Assembly: GCA_963775425.1 (NCBI GenBank) | Contig: CAVZJB010000008.1 | Span: forward strand, 192,001-256,000 | DNA length: 64,000 nucleotides | Source: an uncultured delta proteobacterium | Lineage (GTDB): Bacteria > Myxococcota > UBA727 > VGSZ01 | Direction: 5' to 3' | Shown here: positions 41,779 through 51,362 of the stretch, in pieces | Position numbering within the stretch: position 1 is the stretch's first letter | How the letters are laid out: every line of letters starts with the position of its first letter | Translations under genes and position numbers: made by a program | Notes under the pieces: generated by a model | The model's input: the letters and a program-made list of their open reading frames with translations, nothing else | What the model was told of the DNA's origin: nothing | Database searches by the model: none

Positions 41779-42384
41779 TCAGTGCAGGTCGGCGGCGAGC
41801 ACCGCTTCGATGCGCGGGTCGGACCAGTCGTGCGCGCCGTCGAAGCGGTCGACGACGTTGCCGGCGGTGTCGACGAGGAAGGTGGTGGGGATGGAGTCGA
41901 CGCCGAGCGCGCGCTCGAGCGTGATCTTCTTGTCCCAGACCACCTCGGGCGGGACGGCGCCGGTGAAGAACTTCTCCACGGGCTCCCAGTAGTCGTCGAC
42001 GCTGACGGCGAGCACGTCGACGTCGCCCTTCTTGCGCGCGAACGCGAGGAGCCCGGGGAGCTCGGCGCGGCACGGGCCGCACCACGACGCCCACAGGTGC
42101 AGGAGCAGGGGCTTCTTGCGCGGCCCCGCGAGCGCGATCTGCTTGTCGCCCTTGAAGACGAAGAGCGCCGGCAGCGGCGGCGTGCGGTGCGGGGCGGCGC
42201 CGCTCGGGGCGTCGCCGTCGTCGCCGTCGTCGCCGCCGTTGCCGTCGGCGCCGGCGGAGGCGATCGGCGGCGCGTTGGCCGGCGCGCGTGGGGCAGGCTG
42301 GTCACGGGTGGCGGCGAAGCGCGCGCCGAAGATGAGCGCGGCGACGAACGCGAGGAACCCGAGGGCGCCGAGGACGAGCTTCAC
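41779..42384 (-). CDS. TlpA-family thiol:disulfide oxidoreductase
   Basis: N-terminal TM, WASWCGPC, ELP and IPTTFLVD. Confidence 0.92.
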   Translation of the reverse strand: MKLVLGALGFLAFVAALIFGARFAATRDQPAPRAPANAPPIASAGADGNGGDDGDDGDAPSGAAPHRTPPLPALFVFKGDKQIALAGPRKKPLLLHLWASWCGPCRAELPGLLAFARKKGDVDVLAVSVDDYWEPVEKFFTGAVPPEVVWDKKITLERALGVDSIPTTFLVDTAGNVVDRFDGAHDWSDPRIEAVLAADLH

Positions 42385-42447
42385 CCCTCCGGTATGGCCG
42401 AACGCGCGCGCCCCGTCGAGGCAGCGCCCGCCGCGCTATCCTGGGGC

Positions 42448-42987
42448 GTGCTGCCCGCCCGCCCGTCCCCGTGGCTCGCGCCCCGCCCGTCCCCGTGGCT
42501 CGCGCCCCTCGCCGCGCTCGCCGCCGCGCTCGCCGCCGCCGTCGCGGCATGCGGGCCGCCGCCGCCCTGCTCCGGGCCCCCCGCCGCCGGCGACTGCGTC
42601 TCCGCCCAGATCTACGTGGACGCGTGCGCGACGCCGCAGCGCAAGGTGAACGGCGTGGTCATCGGGGGCGTCGAGGACTGCGCGCTCGACTTCGGCGCCG
42701 CCGCCGACAGCGTCGTGCGCACGGTGCGCTTCACGAACCCGAGCCTCATCGACGACCCGGTGTCCATCGTCGTCGACGGCGCCGCGTTCTCCGCGTCGCC
42801 GGTGAGCTTCACGCTCGGCGCCGGCCTCGCCACCGACGTCGACGTCACCGTCACCCCGCCCGCCGTCGGGGCGCTCGACGGCGCGCTGCTCGTGCAGTCC
42901 GACGCCAACAACGTCCCGGGCGGCGACGGCGCCCTCACGGTGGCCTTGCACGTCGAGGCCCCGCGGGATCGCGTGGTCGCGCGCTGA
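42448..42987 (+). CDS. Lipoprotein with ASH/Hydin-like Ig domain
   Basis: Hydrophobic stretch ending VAA-C, LDFG..VRFTN..VTVTP..GALLVQSDA. The start is uncertain and RPSPWLAP is duplicated. Confidence 0.6.
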   Translation: MLPARPSPWLAPRPSPWLAPLAALAAALAAAVAACGPPPPCSGPPAAGDCVSAQIYVDACATPQRKVNGVVIGGVEDCALDFGAAADSVVRTVRFTNPSLIDDPVSIVVDGAAFSASPVSFTLGAGLATDVDVTVTPPAVGALDGALLVQSDANNVPGGDGALTVALHVEAPRDRVVAR

Positions 42988-43097
42988 CGGCGCCCCCTCG
43001 GCGTCGTCGTCGTGGGGGGGCGAGCCCCCTCCAGGCGTTCGCCGGATGCCGGGGCGTCGATCGCGCGACGTCGAGTTGCGTGCGCTAGACTGCGGGC

Positions 43098-44237
43098 ATG
43101 CTCACCCAGCGCGCCCTCGCCCTCTCCGCCGTCCTCGTCGTCGCCGCGTGCGGCAGGAGCTCGCCGCAGCCCGCCTTCGGCGAGACGCAGGCGGAGGCGG
43201 CGGCCAAGAAGGTGCTCGCCGGCTCCGAGGACCAGCTCGCGGGCATCCTCGACGACCACTACCTCGCCGCGGACACGCCCATCCTCGACCAGGCGCAGGT
43301 GGCGGACATCGCCACGCAGACCTGCCTCGACGAGGACGCGCTCGGCGCCATCCTCGACAACCGCTACCTGCCCGCGGACACGGCGGTGTTGAACAACCTC
43401 GACATCGACCAGGTGGTGCAGACGGACTTCTTCGACGACGAGACCGCGCTGCACGCCGCGCTCGACGACGACTACCTGCCGAGCGACTTCGTGCCGAGCG
43501 TCAACTTCGACGACCTCGTCGGCCTCCCCGGGGGCTTCGCCGACCGCGTCGACAACGACACCGCGCCCACGGGCACCTCCCCCGTGCTCGTCGACGCGCA
43601 GCGCAAGATCTCGCTCGACACCACCGGCTGCAGCACCGGCCAGTCCTACGTCTTCAACGGCACCAACTTCAGCAACAGTTGTTCGTTCCCCGCGGCCCCG
43701 CGCAGCCTCGACCCCGTCGGCGGCGTCGCCGGCACCGGCCCCACCGAGGCGCTGTCCCTGGTGGCCACCACCGACGTCAGCGGCGCGGCCCTCACGGCCA
43801 CCGCGGCCACGGTCGGCTCGGTGTACGGCGCGGGCAGCGGGCCGGCGCACAAGCTCTTGATCGTCGACGCGTGGGCGGTCGGCGTCAGCGGCGGCAACGG
43901 CACCGCCGCGTGGCACCTCGCCAAGGGCGCCACCGCCGTCACCGGCGACGAGATCGTCCCCAACACCGGCGACGTCGCGCACATCACGCACTTCGCCGGC
44001 AACGCGGCCGCGCGCACCATCAACGCCGGCGGCACCCTCGACGTCGTGGCGTCCGACAGCGCCGCGGGCACCGTGTCGTTCAGCGTGTTCGTGCTCGCCG
44101 TCCCCGTGAATTTGAGCGCGGCCGCTCCCTCCGGTCGCAATTTGAGCGCGGTCATTGGGCGGCGGCGACGGGGAGCGCGGCCTTCTTGCCGGGCCAGGTG
44201 CGCCCTTCGGACCAGATCTCGTCGCGCATACGGGTGA
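43098..44237 (+). CDS. Acidic lipoprotein with internal repeats
   Basis: Lipobox VAA-C and three LDxxYLxxD repeats. The true stop may be near 44115. Confidence 0.75.
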   Translation: MLTQRALALSAVLVVAACGRSSPQPAFGETQAEAAAKKVLAGSEDQLAGILDDHYLAADTPILDQAQVADIATQTCLDEDALGAILDNRYLPADTAVLNNLDIDQVVQTDFFDDETALHAALDDDYLPSDFVPSVNFDDLVGLPGGFADRVDNDTAPTGTSPVLVDAQRKISLDTTGCSTGQSYVFNGTNFSNSCSFPAAPRSLDPVGGVAGTGPTEALSLVATTDVSGAALTATAATVGSVYGAGSGPAHKLLIVDAWAVGVSGGNGTAAWHLAKGATAVTGDEIVPNTGDVAHITHFAGNAAARTINAGGTLDVVASDSAAGTVSFSVFVLAVPVNLSAAAPSGRNLSAVIGRRRRGARPSCRARCALRTRSRRAYG

Positions 44238-45906
44238 CGAGGTCGCCGAGGCCGGCCCCCGTCCTGGCGCTCGTGCGCACGGCGCGCAGGCGCGCGGCCT
44301 CGCCGTCGACGTCGTCGTGACCGCGGGGCGGCTCTTTCTTGCGGTCGCTCTTGTTGAGCACCACGATGCGCGGCGTGCCCGACAGCTCGAGGTCGGCCAG
44401 GACCTCGTCGACGGCCTCCATGTGCTGGCGCCGGCGCGGGTCGTTGCCGTCGACGACGTGCAGCAGCAGGTCGGCGTCCTGCAGCTCCTCGAGCGTGGCG
44501 CGGAAGGCGTTTCGCAGCGTGTCCGGCAGGTCGCGGATGAAGCCCACCGTGTCGATGAGCACCACCTCGCGCTCCTCGGGGAAGCGCAGCCGCCGCGACG
44601 TGGGGTCGAGCGTGGCGAACAGCTCGTCGGCCGCGTACACCTCGCTGCCCGTCAGGCGGTTCAACAGCGTGCTCTTGCCCGCGTTGGTGTAGCCGACGAT
44701 GGCGACGACGGGGATGTCCTTGTCGTTTCTCACGCGGCGGCGGAGCTGGCGCTCGTTGCCGTAGCGGGTGAGCTCTTTGTCGAGGCGCGCGATGCGGTCG
44801 CGCGCGCGGCGCCGATCGATCTCGAGCTTGGTCTCGCCGGGCCCCTGGCCGCCGATGCCGCCGGTGAGGCGCGACATGCCCGTCTGCTTCTGCGCGAGGC
44901 GCGGCAGCGAGTACCGGAGCTGCGCCAGCTCCACCTGCAGCCGCCCGCCCTTGCTCCTGGCGCGGCGCGCGAAGATGTCGAGGATGAGCATGGTGCGGTC
45001 GAGCACCTTGAGGTCGGTCTTGTCGGTGATGGCGTTGAGCTGCGACGGCGAGAGGTCGCGGTCGAAAATGATCATCTCGGCGCCGCGGTGAAGCGCCGTC
45101 AGGCAGATCTCCTCGAGCTTGCCCTTGCCGACGATGGTGCGGCCGTCGATCTCCGCGCGGTGCTGCATGACGACGTCGACGACGCTGACGCCGGCGGTGC
45201 GCGCCAGCTCCTGCAGCTCCTGCATGGACGAGTGCGCGTCGGCGCGGTTGCCGGTGTAGACGCCGACGAGCACGGCGACGTCGCGCTCGCCGGGCACGCG
45301 CGCGGCCTCACGGGCGCGCTCGGCTTTGCGGCCGAGCTCTCCCTCGAGGGACTCGACCATGGCGCCGAAGTCGACGCTGACCTCGTGCACCCCGTGGAAC
45401 GTCTCGACGGCGTGCCGCGCCGCGGGGCGCGCGCCCTCGGCGCCGTCGCCGGGGAGGTCGCCGGGCAGGAGGGTGGCGAGGGCGCAGCGGCCGGGCAGCC
45501 CGTCGTCGAGGGACTCGATGAGCAGGACGGCGTCCAGCTTGAGGCGCTCGAGGTCGGTGAGCAGATCGTGCTCGACCGCCAGGGGTCCGCGCGAGGCGGC
45601 GCCGCTTTTGTGCGGGCGCGCGACGACGAGGCGCAGGCCGCGCAGGCGGCCGGGGCCGGCGCGCAGGCGGCCGATGTCGGGCAGGTAGAGGCGGCCGGCC
45701 TCGCCGAGGGCGACGTGGGCGACGCCGCCGCGGCGATCGCAGAGCACGCCGACCATGCGCCCGGTGTCGAAGGCGCACTCCGCCAGCGCCCGCGCGAGCT
45801 CGGGCGTACACGCCGTGCGTCCGCCCGCGGTTCGCTGGTGCAGGCGCTCGAGGCGGCGGAGCTGGCTGGCTTTGAGTCCCTGGGTCTTGCCGAAGACGTC
45901 CTTCAC
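44152..45906 (-). CDS. hflX: GTPase HflX with N-terminal extension
   Basis: LILDIFARRA, GPGETKLE, GYTNAGKS, FATLDPT, DTVGFI and NKSD motifs. Confidence 0.96.
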   Translation of the reverse strand: MKDVFGKTQGLKASQLRRLERLHQRTAGGRTACTPELARALAECAFDTGRMVGVLCDRRGGVAHVALGEAGRLYLPDIGRLRAGPGRLRGLRLVVARPHKSGAASRGPLAVEHDLLTDLERLKLDAVLLIESLDDGLPGRCALATLLPGDLPGDGAEGARPAARHAVETFHGVHEVSVDFGAMVESLEGELGRKAERAREAARVPGERDVAVLVGVYTGNRADAHSSMQELQELARTAGVSVVDVVMQHRAEIDGRTIVGKGKLEEICLTALHRGAEMIIFDRDLSPSQLNAITDKTDLKVLDRTMLILDIFARRARSKGGRLQVELAQLRYSLPRLAQKQTGMSRLTGGIGGQGPGETKLEIDRRRARDRIARLDKELTRYGNERQLRRRVRNDKDIPVVAIVGYTNAGKSTLLNRLTGSEVYAADELFATLDPTSRRLRFPEEREVVLIDTVGFIRDLPDTLRNAFRATLEELQDADLLLHVVDGNDPRRRQHMEAVDEVLADLELSGTPRIVVLNKSDRKKEPPRGHDDVDGEAARLRAVRTSARTGAGLGDLVTRMRDEIWSEGRTWPGKKAALPVAAAQ

Positions 45907-45939
45907 TGCGTCCTCATGTAGCGTCGCCGCGTGGCCCGC

Positions 45940-48237
45940 TCAACACCCCGAGGGAACGGGCCGCGCCGCCTGGTGCGGCGACGAGGCCTCTCCCTCCGGG
46001 GGCCCTGGTCCTCGGCGCTCCGCGGGCGTCGCCGCATCCACAAGCTCGAGGGCGCCTGCGGGCGGGCCCCCTTCGGGAGAGCCCTCGCCGCCGGCCCAGC
46101 CGGCGCGGTCCCGTCCTTTGGGGGGAACCGCCGCGCTCGAATTGCCCGCGATGGCCTGACGGACGGAGTCGTAGTCGCGGTCGGTGGTGTGGGAAAAGCC
46201 GGTGATGCGCTCGACGCGGCCACCGATGGTCCCGGCCTTCTTGGGGTCGAACTCGAACAGCGCGGTCTTGATCTTCCGCTTGTCGGCGTCCGACAGCGTC
46301 GCAGTGGCGCAGATGGCGTCCTGCGGCGTGCGCCCGGTGATGGCGAGCTGGTGTACGCGCGCGACGGGGACGCCGGCGCGGTCGGCGGCGAGGAAGCCGC
46401 CGGAGTAGGTGGCGCCGGCCTCGCAGACGCCGTCGACGATGTCGCGCAGCACCTGCGTGTGCGTGCCCGAGATGTGGCTGACGATGTCCTTGTCGGGGTC
46501 GATGCCGGCTTTGCGCAGCGCGATGCGCGGCAGGACGTACCCCGTGGTGGACAGCGGGTCGGCGAAGCAGAAGCGCTTGCCCTTGAGGTCGGCGATGGTC
46601 TTCGCCGACGACGTCTCGTTCACGAAGATGACGCCGTCGCTGCCGGTGCTGCCGTCGATGATCTTGGACGCGAGGATCTCGATGCGCGGATCCTTCAGGC
46701 GCGTGCGCACGTAGGTGTTCGGAGGCAGCACCGCGATGTCGGCCCTTCCGGTGGTGGCGATCTCGAGGAGGTCCTCGTAGCTCTTGGCCACCGTGATGGT
46801 CACCGGGCGATCGAGGACGTCCTGCAGGTACTGCTGGAAGGGCTGCACGTCGGCGACGATGAGCTCGCGATCGGCCACCGGCGGGAACACCATGCGGATG
46901 GCGGTGCCCGGCGGCGGCCCGGCGATGCGCTGCCGCAGCAGCACGCCGCCGCCGATGAGCAGGAGCACCACCACGGCGATCGCCGCCGCTTGCAGCGACG
47001 CCAAGCGCCGCTTGCGCTGCCTTCCCTTGGGCCTCGCGAGGTGCGTCGACGACGGGACCTCTTGCTGCGCGCCGCTGGTCTCCTCGTCGTGACGCTTGGC
47101 CGTGGTGCGCGCCGTGGGCTCGATGGGCCGCTGCTCCAGCACCGTCTCGACCGGCTTCTGGCGCTTCTCGACGAGCGTGGTGTCGTCGGCGCCGTGGGGC
47201 GTGGCCTGCGTGCGCTCCTGCGCCATGGACATGAGCATGGAGGTGCGGCGCTGCTGCACCTCGCCGATGAGCGGCTTGACGAAGGCGCCGACGGTGTCGA
47301 TGTCCGTGCGCAGCCCCGCCTTGTCGGCGGCGTCGAGCAGCGCGCGGCGCATCTCGTCGGCGGTGGCGTAGCGGTCGCCGCGGTTGGTGCGCAGCGAGCG
47401 CTCGAGGGCGGCGATCACGCCCTCGGGAAGATCGCGCCGCAGCTTGCGCAGGTTCTTTCTGTCACCGGTGACGATGGCCTGCATCGAGTCGAGGTCGCTG
47501 TCGCGCTTGAACAGGCGCTCCTGCGCGAGCAGCTCCCAGCCGACGATGCCGAGGGCGAAGATGTCGGCGCGGCGGTCGAGCGCCTCCTGCTTGCACTGCT
47601 CCGGCGCCATGTAGTGCACCTTGCCCTTGAGGGCGCCGGTGCGCGTGTGGTCCTCGAGGCTGGCGGCCTCGGTGGCCTTGGCGATGCCGAAGTCGAGGAG
47701 CTTTACGTGCCCCTCGGCGGTGACCATGAGGTTGTGCGGCGAGATGTCCCGGTGGACGAGGCCGAGGGGCTTGCCCTGCGGGTCGCACAGCTCGTGGGCC
47801 GCGTGCGCGCCCGCGCAGGCCTGCGCGATGAGGCCGATGCCGGCGCCGGCGGGCGTCTCGGTGCCGGTCTCGATGGCGGCGATGAGGACGTCGCGCACCG
47901 ACGAGCCCGGCACGTACTCCATGGCGAGGTACGGGGCGTCGTGGTCTTCGCCGAGCTCGTGGATCTGCACCACGTTCGGGTGGTTCAGGCGGGCGACGTA
48001 GCGCGCCTCGGCGAGGAACATCTCGACGAACTGCGCGTGCACGGCGAGGTGCGGCAGGATTCGCTTGATGACGATGAGGCGCTCGAGGCCCGCCATGCCG
48101 CGATCGCAGCAGACGAAGACCTCCGCCATCCCGCCCGTGGCCAGGCGATCGACGACCTCGTAGCGCCCGATCGTCTTCGGAATCGGGAGCTGCGGCGTCG
48201 ACGGCGGGATCCGCGGCTCGCTCTTGGAGATGGCCAC
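45940..48237 (-). CDS. Hanks-type Ser/Thr kinase fused via TM to PhnD-like phosphate/phosphonate-binding domain
   Basis: GGMAEV, IKRI, HRDISPHN, DFG and APE motifs, one TM, then DLKGKRFCFADPLSTTGY and SGTH PhnD-like motifs. Confidence 0.9.
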   Translation of the reverse strand: MAISKSEPRIPPSTPQLPIPKTIGRYEVVDRLATGGMAEVFVCCDRGMAGLERLIVIKRILPHLAVHAQFVEMFLAEARYVARLNHPNVVQIHELGEDHDAPYLAMEYVPGSSVRDVLIAAIETGTETPAGAGIGLIAQACAGAHAAHELCDPQGKPLGLVHRDISPHNLMVTAEGHVKLLDFGIAKATEAASLEDHTRTGALKGKVHYMAPEQCKQEALDRRADIFALGIVGWELLAQERLFKRDSDLDSMQAIVTGDRKNLRKLRRDLPEGVIAALERSLRTNRGDRYATADEMRRALLDAADKAGLRTDIDTVGAFVKPLIGEVQQRRTSMLMSMAQERTQATPHGADDTTLVEKRQKPVETVLEQRPIEPTARTTAKRHDEETSGAQQEVPSSTHLARPKGRQRKRRLASLQAAAIAVVVLLLIGGGVLLRQRIAGPPPGTAIRMVFPPVADRELIVADVQPFQQYLQDVLDRPVTITVAKSYEDLLEIATTGRADIAVLPPNTYVRTRLKDPRIEILASKIIDGSTGSDGVIFVNETSSAKTIADLKGKRFCFADPLSTTGYVLPRIALRKAGIDPDKDIVSHISGTHTQVLRDIVDGVCEAGATYSGGFLAADRAGVPVARVHQLAITGRTPQDAICATATLSDADKRKIKTALFEFDPKKAGTIGGRVERITGFSHTTDRDYDSVRQAIAGNSSAAVPPKGRDRAGWAGGEGSPEGGPPAGALELVDAATPAERRGPGPPEGEASSPHQAARPVPSGC

Positions 48238-48453
48238 GCTCAGACCTTAGCACTTTCGTCGAGCGTGCAGCGGCGTCGTCGTCGGGCGTACGCGCCCCCG
48301 CCGCGCGCGCCGCGTTGGCGGCGTCAGGCGCCGCGCGCCATCTGGAGAGCGACGCGACGTCGAGGCATCTATGGAGCGCTGTGGTTGGACGCGGGCGTCG
48401 CGCCGCCGGTGCGCGTTGACTCGACGAGGCAGCGGAAGAAGGCGCTGGGGACG

Positions 48454-49578
48454 TCACGCGCTCGAAGCGACGGCCGCGTCCACGGAGGCGTGAAACCACA
48501 GCGACGCGTGCTCGAGCCCGCCGTAGAGCACGCTCGTGTCCGCGGCTGCGGCGAGGCCGCGTTGCACCTGCTCCACGATGACGAGGTCTTCGCGGCCAAA
48601 GACCCCGTCGTCGATGAGCGAGAAGCTCTTGTCGAAGTGCGCGCGCTCGGCGTCCGACGCCGGCTCCTGCGCGAGCAGCATGGTGTGGTGGAAGCGGGAG
48701 CGGTCGGGGGCGAGCGGCTCGATGCGCATGATGCTGGTGTAGTCGGGGTGAAGGATGACCACCGTGGCCGGAAAGACCACGAGGCTCGGCGTGGCCACGT
48801 CGCGCACGCGCACGTCGTCGACGACGCCTGGGTCGAGCTCGAGCAGCGCGCGGCGCGCGGTGACGGCGCGGATGTGGTCGCCGGCGCGCGCGGTCTCGAC
48901 CTTGCCGTCCACGAAGAAGCGCGCGACGGAGTCCCGGTGCAGATGGCGGATGTGGTAGCCGTCGAGGAACGCGTCGACGAGGAGCTTCCAGTTGGCGCCC
49001 ACATCCCGCGACGACGACTTGAACAACACCTGCGTGTCGAGCGCATCGAGATCGGCGGCGATGCCGGCCGTGTGGGCGTCGACGTCGAAGGGCGCGAGGG
49101 ACGCCCACACGAGCCCGTGCTTGACGGCGGCGTGCGCCGGGACCAAGGCGTCGCGCCCCGCGTGCGCCCCGCAGAACACCTCCTCGTGCGGTACGTGGAT
49201 GCGCTCGCCGCTGAGGTCGTAGGTCCACGCGTGGTACGGACAGACGAACGCCTTCTTCACGCACGGCGGACCGGACGGCAGGAGCGCGGTGCCCCTGTGC
49301 CGGCAGGCGTTCCTGAAGGCGCGGACCTCGCCGTCGCCGCCGCGGGCGAGGATCAAGGGCACACCCGCGACGGCCACGGTCACGCACGATCCGGTCGAGG
49401 AGAGCTCCGCCGCCGCCGCCGCCACCGACGGCACCTGCGAAAACAAGCGCTGCCGCTCGAGGGCGAAGCGCTCCGGGGACGTGAAGCGCGACGTGGGCAC
49501 CTCGCCTACGGGACGCGCCTGGGCGGGCTCGCCTTCGAGAAGGAGACGGACGAGATCGAGGTGCGCAGGGACGTTCAT
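48454..49578 (-). CDS. Rieske non-heme iron oxygenase alpha subunit
   Basis: CRHRG..CPYHAW Rieske motif, NWK..DGYH..LH and ED iron ligands. Confidence 0.93.
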   Translation of the reverse strand: MNVPAHLDLVRLLLEGEPAQARPVGEVPTSRFTSPERFALERQRLFSQVPSVAAAAAELSSTGSCVTVAVAGVPLILARGGDGEVRAFRNACRHRGTALLPSGPPCVKKAFVCPYHAWTYDLSGERIHVPHEEVFCGAHAGRDALVPAHAAVKHGLVWASLAPFDVDAHTAGIAADLDALDTQVLFKSSSRDVGANWKLLVDAFLDGYHIRHLHRDSVARFFVDGKVETARAGDHIRAVTARRALLELDPGVVDDVRVRDVATPSLVVFPATVVILHPDYTSIMRIEPLAPDRSRFHHTMLLAQEPASDAERAHFDKSFSLIDDGVFGREDLVIVEQVQRGLAAAADTSVLYGGLEHASLWFHASVDAAVASSA

Positions 49579-49611
49579 CGCGATATCTAGGATACGAGGT
49601 AGTTATCTCGC

Positions 49612-50028
49612 ATGCAAGATGATCGGATCTCGTCCTCGCTCGGACACGCCCTGGTGCGCGCCTTTCGCCGGGTGAACCGCGCCCACAACCGCGCGCTCAA
49701 GCCGCTCGGGCTCACCGCGGAGCAGGCGCACGTGCTGATGGTCCTGTGGACGGAGGGGCCGATGAAGGTCGGCGATCTCCAGCGCACCTTGATGCTCTCC
49801 AGCGGCACCCTCACCGGCGCCGTCGATCGCATGGAGAAGGCCGGCCTCGTCCGCCGCGTCCCCGACCCTCGCGACGGCCGCGCCTTCCTCGTGGAGCCCG
49901 CCGCGGTGGATAAAAAGCAGCGCCGCGCCATCGAGCGCACCATCGAAGACACCGAAGAAGAGACCTTCGCCTCCTTCGACACCAAAGAACGGCGAACGCT
50001 GCTCGCGCTCCTCGAGCGCATTCCGTAG
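49612..50028 (+). CDS. MarR-family transcriptional regulator
   Basis: GLTAEQ..LTGAVDRMEKAGLVRR.PDPRDGR wHTH, divergent from the Rieske gene. Confidence 0.92.
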   Translation: MQDDRISSSLGHALVRAFRRVNRAHNRALKPLGLTAEQAHVLMVLWTEGPMKVGDLQRTLMLSSGTLTGAVDRMEKAGLVRRVPDPRDGRAFLVEPAAVDKKQRRAIERTIEDTEEETFASFDTKERRTLLALLERIP

Positions 50029-50252
50029 CGCGCGCGCGCGAGCCGCGTTCCGGCGAGACGGTCCAGGCGTTGCCGGAGCGCCGCAGCTTGTCGTCGTGGC
50101 TTTCGTCGTCGTGGCTGGCGGCGCGCATGCTCTCCGATGATGAACGACGGACATGGCTCGGTCGCTGCTCATCGGCCTCAACCACCGACGACCATCAAGC
50201 GCGCGCCGAGAAGGCGTGCGACGCTGGGGACCCCGATGCGCGGAAGGCCCCT

Positions 50253-51362
50253 TTGAAGAAGTTCACCGATCTCGCTCTTCTCCCCACGCTGCAAGCGACG
50301 CTCGCCGAGCAGAGCCTCGTCCAGCTCACCGAGATCCAGAGCCGCGCCCTGCCCGTCCTGCTCGCCGGGCGCTCGGTCGTCGGCGTCTCGGAGACCGGCA
50401 GCGGCAAGACGCTCGCCTACGCGCTGCCGATTCTCCACGCGCTCAAGACGCTCGAAAGCGACGGCTCGCGCATCGAGAAGCCGGCTCACCCTCGCGCGGT
50501 CGTCATCGTGCCCACGCGAGAGCTCGGGGAGCAGGTCTCGAAGGTGTTCAAACCCTTCACCCACAAGACGCGGCTGCGCGTGCGCACCGTCCTTGGCGGG
50601 ACGGCCATGGAGGTCGCCAAGAAGAACATCAACGGCCCCTTCGAGGTGCTCGTGGCCACGCCGGGGCGCCTCATCAAGCTCCTCGACCGCGGCTTCATCC
50701 ACTTCGACGACGTCCGCGTGCTGGTGTTCGACGAAGCCGATCAGATGATGGACGAGGGCTTCCTGCCCGACGCCACACACATCGCCGGCGCGTGTCCCCC
50801 GCGGCGGCAGCTCGCGCTGTTCTCCGCCACGGTGTCGCCCACGGTGGAGGCGCTCATCGCGAAGCTCTTCGCCGGCGTGGAGGTCATCCGCAGCGAGGGC
50901 AGCCACAAGGTCGTCGCCACGCTCACCACGCTCAACCGCGACGTGAAGAACGGCGACCGCTTGCCGCTGCTCGCGCAGGTGCTGGCCGAGAAGGTCGCCG
51001 GCGGCACCATGATCTTCACGAACACGCGCGAGCAGTGCGACACGGTGGCGCGCGAGATCGCCAAGCTCGGCCGCACCTGCACCATTTACCGCGGCGAGAT
51101 GGACAAGCTGCAGCGACGCGCGAACCTCAAGGCGTTCCGCGACGGCGCCGTGGACGTCCTCGTCTCCACGGACCTCGCGTCGCGGGGTCTCGACGTGCAG
51201 CACGTCGGTCGCATCGTGAACTTCCACCTGCCCAAGGACATGCAAAACTACCTGCACCGCGTGGGCCGCACCGCGCGCGCCGGCCGCGCCGGCGTCGTCA
51301 TCAACTTCGTGACGGAGCGCGACCGGCCGCTGATGCAGCAGCTCGCGCGCGTCCGTCCCTAG
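50253..51362 (+). CDS. DEAD-box RNA helicase (core only)
   Basis: Q motif, TGSGKT, PTREL, TPGR, DEAD, SAT, RGLD and HRVGRTAR. TTG start inferred. Confidence 0.93.
   Translation: MKKFTDLALLPTLQATLAEQSLVQLTEIQSRALPVLLAGRSVVGVSETGSGKTLAYALPILHALKTLESDGSRIEKPAHPRAVVIVPTRELGEQVSKVFKPFTHKTRLRVRTVLGGTAMEVAKKNINGPFEVLVATPGRLIKLLDRGFIHFDDVRVLVFDEADQMMDEGFLPDATHIAGACPPRRQLALFSATVSPTVEALIAKLFAGVEVIRSEGSHKVVATLTTLNRDVKNGDRLPLLAQVLAEKVAGGTMIFTNTREQCDTVAREIAKLGRTCTIYRGEMDKLQRRANLKAFRDGAVDVLVSTDLASRGLDVQHVGRIVNFHLPKDMQNYLHRVGRTARAGRAGVVINFVTERDRPLMQQLARVRP

Noticed and set aside
45931-49590. 1219-aa plus-strand ORF
   Set aside because: Antisense shadow of the kinase and Rieske genes with no motifs.
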